In this document: positions 40,675 to 47,772 of the stretch, piece by piece | Numbering within the stretch: the first letter of the stretch is position 1 | How the letters are laid out: the number at the start of each line of letters is the position of its first letter | From: a virus | Taxonomy: Duplodnaviria; Caudoviricetes | DNA length: 64,000 nucleotides | IMG/VR virus record: IMGVR_UViG_3300032093_000005 | Direction: 5' to 3' (one strand) | Notes under the pieces: generated by a model | The model's database searches: none | What the model saw: only the letters and a program-made list of their open reading frames with translations | Told to the model about the DNA's origin: nothing | Program-made: the position numbers and the translations under genes

Positions 40675-40824
40675 TTATTTATGTTTTTTGTCAAGCGGTT
40701 CCCAGTGCTGCCAGTTGTATTTATGAATTGCCCAGATACCCATAATCGGTGGAACAATCAAAAGATAACAAATAATTCCCAAAGTAAAAGGAGTTTCTAA
40801 TACCCACCTTGAAAAATGTAACAT
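40675..40824 (-). CDS. Small membrane protein MLHFSRWVLETP (49 aa)
   Basis: Hand translation; coupled to the upstream stop. Confidence 0.6.
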   Translation of the reverse strand: MLHFSRWVLETPFTLGIICYLLIVPPIMGIWAIHKYNWQHWEPLDKKHK

Positions 40825-41021
40825 CAATATCCTCTCCAAGTTTTAAACTCATAATAAAAATACTGATCAACAATCCAATTATCTAATGGAGCATTCTCTT
40901 CTCTTTGTGCCCATTCAATACAAAAATCTACAATCTTATGATCATTCAATGATTTGTGCCCCCACATTCTTACAAATGCAGAGGCTGCAAAGTGATATTT
41001 TTGTTTAATGTGCGGTCCCAT
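40824..41021 (-). CDS. Hypothetical protein (65 aa)
   Basis: ORF-track frame with start moved to limit overlap with ndhP. Confidence 0.55.
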   Translation of the reverse strand: MGPHIKQKYHFAASAFVRMWGHKSLNDHKIVDFCIEWAQREENAPLDNWIVDQYFYYEFKTWRGY

Positions 41022-41127
41022 TTCCCTTATAATCTTTGGAGTCATAATATCCTCCTCGTGTTCCGAAGTAGAGTGTTGATAAAACAAACGGGATTGAAAC
41101 GAATAGAAGTGCTTTTGCTAATAACAT
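41005..41127 (-). CDS. ndhP: NDH-1 subunit NdhP (40 aa)
   Basis: Hand translation MLLAKALLFVSIPFVLSTLYFGTRGGYYDSKDYKGNGTAH; FGTR.G.YD...Y.GNG.AH signature. Confidence 0.85.
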   Translation of the reverse strand: MLLAKALLFVSIPFVLSTLYFGTRGGYYDSKDYKGNGTAH

Positions 41128-41294
41128 TATAAAAACATTCCTGGTTTATAATCTACTATTTGTTGAATCTCATCAAGTAGTGCTCCATACTCTTTAAACT
41201 TTCTATCTCCTGCAATAAAATGTCTTTGTCTTATCCAAACAGCATCTGCAAGTAGTTTCAGTTCATACTCCGATAAATCTTTAAAACGTTCCAT
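41127..41294 (-). CDS. Small hypothetical protein MERFKDLSEYELKLL (55 aa)
   Basis: Hand translation; RBS; TAATG coupling to ndhP. Confidence 0.65.
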   Translation of the reverse strand: MERFKDLSEYELKLLADAVWIRQRHFIAGDRKFKEYGALLDEIQQIVDYKPGMFL

Positions 41295-41306
41295 TGTAAA
41301 TCTCCT

Positions 41307-42329
41307 TTATCTAACGTGATGACCACCAAACATATAACGCATCCCGTTCAAGATTTTTGCTCCGAATGATCCGAGATTGCGTGAGTTAAATCTTTCAAAT
41401 AGGGCAGTAGTAATGACAGGAGCGGGAACCCCCAAATCCACAGCGGCAGAAACAGTCCAACGACCCTCACCGCTATCGGAAACTCCACCAGAGAAGCGTT
41501 TAAGGCTACCATCCCTGCGTAGCACATCAGCAGTAAGATCAAGTAACCAACTACCAACCACGCTACCACGACGCCATAACTCAGCAACCTCAGCAACATC
41601 AATATCGTAGCAATAGGATTCTGGGTCTGCCATTGGTGCAACTTCTGCGTCTCCTTCTCTGACATACTGAGCACCTAGATTAGCGTTCTTCAAAATATTG
41701 AATCCTTCTGCATATGCCTGCATAATGCCATATTCAATTCCATTGTGAACCATTTTTACAAAGTGTCCTGCACCAGGGCCACCACAATGCAACCAACCAA
41801 ACTCCGCAGAGGTTACGTCCGAGTCAAACTGAGTCCTCGGGGCAGCGGTGATTCCTGGAGCGAGGGCATCAAAAATCCTTGCACAAGTGGCGACCGCAGT
41901 ATTTCCGCCACCAACCATAAGACAGTATCCACGATCCAAACCATAAACACCACCGCTAGTGCCACAATCAATATATTGGATACCAAGTTTTGCCAGGCGT
42001 TCTGCTCTTTTCCGACTGTCTTTAAAATTGCTATTGCCATGATCAATAATAATATCTCCTTCACCACAATATCGTAGTAACTCATTGATTGTCTCCTCTA
42101 CTGTTTCTGCAGGAACAACCATTTGGAAGATACCTGGTTGTTTTCCATCTTTTACTATTTGAACAAGGCTTTGTATAGAAGTTGTAACACCATTAACATA
42201 TCCGTTTTCATATGCTTCTTGTGCCTTTTCATAATTTCTTCTGTATCCCCAAACTTCTATACCTGCTTTCATCATACGGCGAGACATACCTTCGCCCATT
42301 CTTCCAAGTCCAATTAATCCTACTTTCAT
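41307..42329 (-). CDS. gnd: 6-phosphogluconate dehydrogenase (short type)
   Basis: GLGRMG, IDHGNS, GTSGG, KMVHNGIEYG, DSGEGRW. Confidence 0.97.
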   Translation of the reverse strand: MKVGLIGLGRMGEGMSRRMMKAGIEVWGYRRNYEKAQEAYENGYVNGVTTSIQSLVQIVKDGKQPGIFQMVVPAETVEETINELLRYCGEGDIIIDHGNSNFKDSRKRAERLAKLGIQYIDCGTSGGVYGLDRGYCLMVGGGNTAVATCARIFDALAPGITAAPRTQFDSDVTSAEFGWLHCGGPGAGHFVKMVHNGIEYGIMQAYAEGFNILKNANLGAQYVREGDAEVAPMADPESYCYDIDVAEVAELWRRGSVVGSWLLDLTADVLRRDGSLKRFSGGVSDSGEGRWTVSAAVDLGVPAPVITTALFERFNSRNLGSFGAKILNGMRYMFGGHHVR

Positions 42330-42337
42330 ATATTCTC

Positions 42338-42430
42338 CTATTGTGGATATGCGTTGTTAAGTCCCCATACAACAAAAAATCCAATCGTACCAAAAATAGT
42401 TAATGCGCTAAAAAGTAAATTAGTATTCAT
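42338..42430 (-). CDS. NdhQ-like small membrane protein (30 aa)
   Basis: Hand translation MNTNLLFSALTIFGTIGFFVVWGLNNAYPQ; ungapped match to recalled NdhQ SAVLILGFIAGLIWWALHTAY. Confidence 0.55.
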   Translation of the reverse strand: MNTNLLFSALTIFGTIGFFVVWGLNNAYPQ

Positions 42431-42533
42431 CATCATCCTCATAAGTTGATGGTTCTTCAAATAGTTCATCTAACTTTTGCTGTAAAACTCTTTCTTGAAG
42501 TTCTTGTAGGTCTTTGTCTGTTAAAACTATCAT
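42420..42533 (-). CDS. Small acidic protein MIVLTDKDLQELQ (37 aa)
   Basis: Hand translation, operon packing. Confidence 0.55.
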   Translation of the reverse strand: MIVLTDKDLQELQERVLQQKLDELFEEPSTYEDDDEY

Positions 42534-42709
42534 TTGTCCTTTAATAGTTCCTCCACTCTTTTACGCATATTAGTACTATCTTGTTTGAGATAATCCCTCA
42601 AAGAATAACCACGCCGTCCACGCATAATACAAGTGCCTTGATAAAACATCGTGGCAGCAAACACCAACAGAAAAGCAATGCCAATTATTTCAGAGTAATG
42701 TTGAGCCAT
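42530..42709 (-). CDS. Small membrane protein MAQHYSEIIG (59 aa)
   Basis: Hand translation, ATGA coupling. Confidence 0.55.
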   Translation of the reverse strand: MAQHYSEIIGIAFLLVFAATMFYQGTCIMRGRRGYSLRDYLKQDSTNMRKRVEELLKDK

Positions 42710-42888
42710 GGAAGCAATGGTGGGATAACTCCAATCAACCTTAAAAGTCCCTCAGCAAATAAAGCAAGAACCACCCAACCGACGCACATACTAATGATGC
42801 TAGCATTACGGTTGTGTCGTCGTATTGCTGCATCGATCATCTCCTTAACTTCGGAACGGGTTACATAATCATCATCAAAAGGTTCCAT
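42685..42888 (-). CDS. Hypothetical membrane protein (67 aa)
   Basis: ORF track. Confidence 0.65.
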   Translation of the reverse strand: MEPFDDDYVTRSEVKEMIDAAIRRHNRNASIISMCVGWVVLALFAEGLLRLIGVIPPLLPWLNITLK

Positions 42889-43037
42889 CATTTCTCATCT
42901 CCAAGAAACTTCGCAAGAGGATCTCTCCTCGTTTTGACTATTTCAACTGCTCTCTTGTAGAACATATTATCTGTGTTCCCAGAGGCTTCAAAAGTTTCCT
43001 TGATCTTCACCCAATTGTCGTAGGTGTGCTGATCCAT
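42888..43037 (-). CDS. Small hypothetical protein MDQHTYDNWVKIK (49 aa)
   Basis: Hand translation; promoter-like TTGACA upstream. Confidence 0.6.
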   Translation of the reverse strand: MDQHTYDNWVKIKETFEASGNTDNMFYKRAVEIVKTRRDPLAKFLGDEK

Positions 43038-43151
43038 AAGGTTTAAGGTTGAATACTACTAGTTATACTAGTGAGTATTTTTAAACTGTCAAGTTTGTGT
43101 TGATACAAAAATATAGATTAAGAGAATCTAAAATTTTGTAATATTTCTAAA

Positions 43152-43234
43152 CGGAGAGAACAGGAATCGAACCTGCGAAGCTTTTAAACCCAGCCGCTTT
43201 CAAGGCGGTGTCCTCGACCAACCGGACTCTCTCC
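43152..43234 (-). tRNA. tRNA-Ser(TGA)
   Basis: Cloverleaf with long variable arm, loop CTTGAAA, G73. Confidence 0.9.
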
Positions 43235-43244
43235 AAATAAGTCC

Positions 43245-43502
43245 TCAACGGACTTCAAAATCTAATCGTTTAACTTTACGTTGACGACGTGCTTCTTGCC
43301 ACTGAATATCTTCATTGGTAAGAACACTAGATTTTGTTTTTGTATGATAAGAGTTTAGCATAACAACATTAGATAAGTCAACTGCTGAGATCTTATCACC
43401 ACGAATAGTCGCCATATTTGGACAACCACATGTTACAGTTTTACTATGATACCCTTCTAACTCCCTACCACAGGAGCGGCATCTGATTCTTAAGTTTTCC
43501 AT
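43245..43502 (-). CDS. Hypothetical zinc-ribbon protein (85 aa)
   Basis: CxxC..CxCxN. Confidence 0.65.
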   Translation of the reverse strand: MENLRIRCRSCGRELEGYHSKTVTCGCPNMATIRGDKISAVDLSNVVMLNSYHTKTKSSVLTNEDIQWQEARRQRKVKRLDFEVR

Positions 43503-43521
43503 TGTATTATAAGTTTAATTT

Positions 43522-43956
43522 TTATTCAGTAAATGATCTCAAAAACCAAACAAACTTTCCGTGTGCCTCATTGAGATCATCAAGTAAATTTGTTGTACCT
43601 CTTGAATTAAGTTCTTCTGCGATCTTTGCTGCTTCTCCAAACATTTCAATTATTGTAGTATGACATTTCAAGAGATCTTTAATCATCTCCATTTCAGAGA
43701 GACCACTTTTTGCTTCTGATACTCTGGATACTTCTGCAACTCTTGAGAGAGCACTAACTGGTTTAGCACCAAGAAATCTCATATGCTCGGAGATTCTATC
43801 AATCTCTTCAAAGAGTGCAGTATATTGCTCACCAAACATTGTATGAACTTGATAGAAATCAGGTCCAGTAATATGCCAATGATATACCCAAGTCTTTTGG
43901 AAAAGTACAAAAAGACTTGCTTGAGTATCAGAAAGTATTTTATATAGTTTTTCCAT
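43522..43956 (-). CDS. dps: Dps-family ferritin-like protein
   Basis: HWHITGPDFYQVH..EQY..IDRISEH ferroxidase residues; HGKFVWFL. Confidence 0.92.
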   Translation of the reverse strand: MEKLYKILSDTQASLFVLFQKTWVYHWHITGPDFYQVHTMFGEQYTALFEEIDRISEHMRFLGAKPVSALSRVAEVSRVSEAKSGLSEMEMIKDLLKCHTTIIEMFGEAAKIAEELNSRGTTNLLDDLNEAHGKFVWFLRSFTE

Positions 43957-43983
43957 TATACCATATTTTTTAGGTATTTATAA

Positions 43984-44056
43984 TGGGCAATCGCAGATTC
44001 GAACTGCGGACTTTCTGCGTGTAAAGCAGACACTCTAACCGCTGAGTTAATCGCCC
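43984..44056 (-). tRNA. tRNA-Val(TAC)
   Basis: Canonical cloverleaf. Confidence 0.95.
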
Positions 44057-44062
44057 AAGAAA

Positions 44063-44227
44063 TTAAATCTTGGTCATCATATATTCTACGGTATTTGCTA
44101 CATCATTCATAGCATCCCGTAGATTTTCCCGTTGACCCGACTCCTGCCTAACGACTGGGCGATGATCATCGGTTAAAGTCCAACGCCACTGTTTCATATC
44201 AGAGCAATACCAAAGATTAATTTTCAT
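44063..44227 (-). CDS. Small hypothetical protein MKINLWYCSDMKQWRW (54 aa)
   Basis: Hand translation. Confidence 0.6.
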   Translation of the reverse strand: MKINLWYCSDMKQWRWTLTDDHRPVVRQESGQRENLRDAMNDVANTVEYMMTKI

Positions 44228-44387
44228 TCTTCTGATATTCTAGTTTAATCCAGTTTAGAAGAGCATTGACTTCCATAGAAGAATGATGTGGTTCTCCAAG
44301 ATAATACTCAGTTGTTGCTACATCAGCAGCATACTTTTCAAGTGCTGCAATAGCGACTTCTCTATCACGTTGGGAAATAAGAGACAT
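44217..44387 (-). CDS. Small hypothetical protein MSLISQRDRE (56 aa)
   Basis: Hand translation; AGGAGG RBS; promoter upstream. Confidence 0.65.
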   Translation of the reverse strand: MSLISQRDREVAIAALEKYAADVATTEYYLGEPHHSSMEVNALLNWIKLEYQKNEN

Positions 44388-44464
44388 AAACCTCCTAACT
44401 CGTTATCTATAATACACTAAAAAGGGGGTCTTGTCAACCCCCAATTTACACTATGTAGGAATTA

Positions 44465-45982
44465 TCAGAACGTAAACTTCGTCTGAATCACACCACCATA
44501 GTTGGAAGATGCACCAGCAAATGCCTGATTGTTAGAGGCATAGAACACTGCAGGAGTTACAGTGATATTGTCGGACACCTTATACTTGTAGAAGACTTCC
44601 CACATCGTTGCATCCTTATCCAGTCCTTCCGCGTTACCAGGTTGACCGATGGCGAAACCAGCAGAGTTACCCTTAGCAAACACATTAGACCACTGGAGAC
44701 CAGCATACCAAGTCTGTGAATCGGTAGCACCAGCAGGAGTTGCCTGACCTGCTGCATCCAGACTTACGGTGTTCCAACCATAACCAGCACTCACAGAAGG
44801 AATGATACCAGAAGTCTTGGGTTGCCAATAAGCACTCAGGGCATAACCATTAGAGGTTTGTCCAGGAGCAAGGGCACCAGACTTACCAGCAAGTGCGTTG
44901 AAAGTACGAACACGAGTACCTTCAGTACCATAACGGTAACCGAATGCAGCACCCCACTGAGGAGCACGATAACCAATTTGCGCCAGAGTATTCAGAGCAC
45001 CAGATTCGTTGAACTCACCTTTGGTGGAATCACCACCATTTTGAGCAACATAGTTCACACCAGCAACGAAACCACCTTTACCTTTCTTGGTAGGTTGTGC
45101 CCACTGAGCACCGAAACCAGCACCAGTTGCTTTGTTATAAACACCAGGAGCACCAGCAAGTTGGAAGAAATCAAGGATTTCAGACTTATATGCGGTAGGA
45201 ACCCAAGTCATCTCAGTGTTGCGAACCAGAGCACCAGCAGTCAGAGTTACACCCTTAGCAAGTGCAGGGAACTGGTAGTAAAGGCGGTCAAGAGTAACTG
45301 CGTTTGCAGTGCTCTCTGCCTTATCCAGTTTGAACAGGGAAGAAGATGAACCGAAGGGTTGACTGGAGAAGTTACCCGAACGCAGACGAGTGCGGAGCAG
45401 GTCTTTACCAGTGAACGAAGTATCAAAGTTCAGACGGAGATCGTAGTTGAATGCAGTGTTACCAACATTCGTGCTAGCAGGAGCCTTGGAAGTACCAGGA
45501 GTCCAAGCATTATCTACACCACCAAGAACAAAGTTTACTTCACCTTTCAGTTTAGTGGTAGTAGAGAAACGGGTTGCTTCCAGAGCACCCACTTTTGCTT
45601 CCAGAGTAGATACACGACCACGAATCACGGCAAGTTCATCAGAGAACTCGTTAGCAAGACGCTTCAGTTCATCAGTAACTTCAGTCACACGGTCAAGGCA
45701 AGCATTCAGAAGTGCTGCTGCCTCATAACGGGACATTGCCTTACCACCAGCAAAAGTGCCGTTGGGGTAACCAGCAACGCAACCATAACGCTCTACAAGG
45801 TTGCTGAGTGCCTGATATGCCCAATCAGTGGGTTGCACATCAGAAAGTTGTGAGACACTTGTAACCTGCTCAGTGGAAGAGTACTGGTTGACTGCTGCCA
45901 TATTAAGGTCTGCGGCATTCGCAGCAACAGGAGCAACCATTCCCAGAGCAACAGGTGCAAGCATCAGTTGTTTGAGTTTCAT
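44465..45982 (-). CDS. Cyanobacterial outer-membrane porin (SLH plus OprB-like barrel, SomA/B type)
   Basis: Signal peptide, SDVQPTDWAYQAL SLH motif, FSTTTKLKGEV, terminal QTKFTF. Confidence 0.93.
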   Translation of the reverse strand: MKLKQLMLAPVALGMVAPVAANAADLNMAAVNQYSSTEQVTSVSQLSDVQPTDWAYQALSNLVERYGCVAGYPNGTFAGGKAMSRYEAAALLNACLDRVTEVTDELKRLANEFSDELAVIRGRVSTLEAKVGALEATRFSTTTKLKGEVNFVLGGVDNAWTPGTSKAPASTNVGNTAFNYDLRLNFDTSFTGKDLLRTRLRSGNFSSQPFGSSSSLFKLDKAESTANAVTLDRLYYQFPALAKGVTLTAGALVRNTEMTWVPTAYKSEILDFFQLAGAPGVYNKATGAGFGAQWAQPTKKGKGGFVAGVNYVAQNGGDSTKGEFNESGALNTLAQIGYRAPQWGAAFGYRYGTEGTRVRTFNALAGKSGALAPGQTSNGYALSAYWQPKTSGIIPSVSAGYGWNTVSLDAAGQATPAGATDSQTWYAGLQWSNVFAKGNSAGFAIGQPGNAEGLDKDATMWEVFYKYKVSDNITVTPAVFYASNNQAFAGASSNYGGVIQTKFTF

Positions 45983-46177
45983 AAAGATTTGTTTTTAGTA
46001 CTAAACGACATGGTACTTCAGGGTTATTTAAACCCTTTGTATATGGGTCACATAATTGGTGCGAGTAGTTGGGGCACCAATTATGCAAGGTTATTTAGAG
46101 AATCTTAAGCAAAACTTAAGTTCGAGGATTATCATAGTATAGTTTTGTTCTTCTGTCAACTAAGGTTTCTTTAAGAA

Positions 46178-46249
46178 AGCGGAGTATCGGATTCGAACCG
46201 ACGACGAACTGCTTGGAAGGCAGCCATTCTACCACTGAATTAACTCCGC
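46178..46249 (-). tRNA. tRNA-Gly(TCC)
   Basis: Canonical cloverleaf, U73. Confidence 0.95.
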
Positions 46250-46326
46250 AAATGATGGAGGATTTCTCCTCCATGCACACTTCCTTCACACAAAAGAAAG
46301 TATAAGACATAAAGAGTATTATGTCA

Positions 46327-46398
46327 AGCCCCCGACAAGATTCGAACTTGCGACCAGCGGTTTACAAAACCGCTGCTCTACCACTGAGCTACAAGGGC
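46327..46398 (-). tRNA. tRNA-Thr(TGT)
   Basis: Canonical cloverleaf. Confidence 0.95.
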
Positions 46399-46401
46399 AA
46401 A

Positions 46402-46502
46402 TGGGTAACGAGTGCCCGTCACCCGCAGGAGACACTTCCTGCAAGTTTCACTGCATTAGAGGGCAGTGAATAAAACGTTTCTAATAGCCTCTCTTACCTC
46501 CC
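46402..46502 (-). ncRNA. Unassigned structured RNA (three hairpins, complementary loops)
   Basis: Stems at 46447-46470, 46425-46442 and 46403-46424. Confidence 0.6.
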
Positions 46503-46505
46503 ATA

Positions 46506-46599
46506 AGGAAGATGTAGGTATCGAACCTACAAAAGACAGTCCCTAAGAACTGCTGGGAATTCCACCCAGAACGTAGTTTAGAAGAACCAAAGTCCTTCC
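46506..46599 (-). ncRNA. Non-canonical tRNA-like RNA (94 nt)
   Basis: GTAGG-TTCGATA-CCTAC T-arm, GGAAGG/TCTTCC closing stem, 5-bp/7-nt arm, long variable-arm-like hairpin. Confidence 0.6.
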
Positions 46600-46601
46600 A
46601 A

Positions 46602-46674
46602 CTGGGGCGGCAGGGATCGAACCTGCGACCTAGATGTTAACAGCATCCCGCTACTACCGCTGAGCTACACCCCA
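46602..46674 (-). tRNA. tRNA-Asn(GTT)
   Basis: Canonical cloverleaf, G73. Confidence 0.93.
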
Positions 46675-46967
46675 TTATGTTGTTCGTGATGTATTTCTCT
46701 ATGGCAATTAGCACACACAAGAATACATTTATCTGCTTCTGCTTTTTGTTTTTCTATGGCAGCGGTGGTTCCAAGATTTTTTGTTTCTTTGGTAGTGGGA
46801 TCAAGATGATGAAACTCTAATGCAGAAATGCATTTATTGTAACCACATCTTTCACACTTACCACCTTTATATTCTACTAGAAGAAGTTTGTTTTGCTTGC
46901 GTCTTTTAATGACACTTGCTTTATTTGCTTCTCTACGATCAGCATAGGTTCTGGTTTCCTTAGTCAT
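46665..46967 (-). CDS. HNH endonuclease; stop codon inside tRNA-Asn
   Basis: GGKCERCGY..HHLDP..LVCANCHREIH; TATAAATA plus hairpin leader. Confidence 0.88.
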   Translation of the reverse strand: MTKETRTYADRREANKASVIKRRKQNKLLLVEYKGGKCERCGYNKCISALEFHHLDPTTKETKNLGTTAAIEKQKAEADKCILVCANCHREIHHEQHNGV

Positions 46968-47014
46968 AAGGTAGAAGTTTTATTGTTCTACCATTATTTA
47001 TAAGGGAATAAATG

Positions 47015-47091
47015 TGCCGTTGTGGGGGAATCGAACCCCTACTTCTCCAACTCCCTTGTCGGGGTGTCCTGACCACTAGACTACCAACGGC
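47015..47091 (-). ncRNA. tRNA-like RNA or pseudo-tRNA with aberrant anticodon arm
   Basis: GCCGTTG/CAACGGC acceptor, Glu/Asp-type D arm, GGGG-TTCGATT-CCCC T arm, 5-nt loop GACAA. Confidence 0.65.
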
Positions 47092-47095
47092 TTGA

Positions 47096-47172
47096 TGGAG
47101 TAAGTGTGATATATCTCATAAGGATATAACAGGGACTTACCCTCTATCAGTTTATATATGGAGATAAACTCC
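47096..47172 (-). ncRNA. Unassigned structured RNA with anticodon-like loop CTTATGA
   Basis: AGTTTAT/ATAAACT, GGGTAAGT/ACTTACTC and TATATC/GATATA stems. Confidence 0.5.
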
Positions 47173-47175
47173 AAG

Positions 47176-47249
47176 CGGGTTAGGAGGGACTCGAACCCCC
47201 GACCAACAAATTAGAAGTTTGTGGCTCTATCCATCTGAGCTACTAACCC
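47176..47249 (-). tRNA. tRNA-Arg(TCT)
   Basis: Canonical cloverleaf. Confidence 0.95.
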
Positions 47250-47342
47250 AAGAGACCTCCTGGTTTGTGCATCGTTGAGAGGCATAGGAGGGGCGGGACT
47301 TATAGGAGGGTTGGAACCTCGCCTGCCCATGAGAATATTATA

Positions 47343-47747
47343 CTACTCCTTCGGGCAGTCGTCAACCCAGACTGCACAGATTCTCATTTCTCCACCAAGC
47401 AGTCTCTGTGCCTCACTGCCGTCTGGTGGTTTCTCAACATATTTTTGTTTATATTTCTTATCATAATCGGAAATAATCCGATCATACTCTGGTGTTACAG
47501 CATCAATCGCACGATCCACATCACGCTTAACTCTACGTTCTACTGCATGAGGATCTTGAAGAATAAGTTCATTAATAATAGTTTGCGGGAAATATTTTCT
47601 CTGAACCTCATCCAGTAAATCCCAAAGTCCATTTTCGGAAATTCCCGTGCATTGTGAGAGTGCTGCAATAAGACTTGATAATACTAAACCAACTATAAGC
47701 AGTTGTTTCTTATCTGTTTTCTTTTTACCAAAGTTAAAATTAAACAT
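47343..47747 (-). CDS. Hypothetical membrane-anchored protein (134 aa)
   Basis: ORF track. Confidence 0.7.
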   Translation of the reverse strand: MFNFNFGKKKTDKKQLLIVGLVLSSLIAALSQCTGISENGLWDLLDEVQRKYFPQTIINELILQDPHAVERRVKRDVDRAIDAVTPEYDRIISDYDKKYKQKYVEKPPDGSEAQRLLGGEMRICAVWVDDCPKE

Positions 47748-47772
47748 AAGAGCGCAGCACTCTTAATATGTA

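Noticed and set aside
44557-46088. Alternative-frame and antisense ORFs over the porin
   Set aside because: Shadows of RNY-biased codons
46116-46310. 64-aa ORF
   Set aside because: Runs through tRNA-Gly and a promoter
46402-46599. Formal tmRNA (ssrA) call
   Set aside because: Discriminator is U rather than A, no convincing tag frame, and too short; kept only as an architectural analogy
47265-47618. Plus-strand ORFs
   Set aside because: Antisense to the 134-aa gene and the tRNA leader; no RBS or motif
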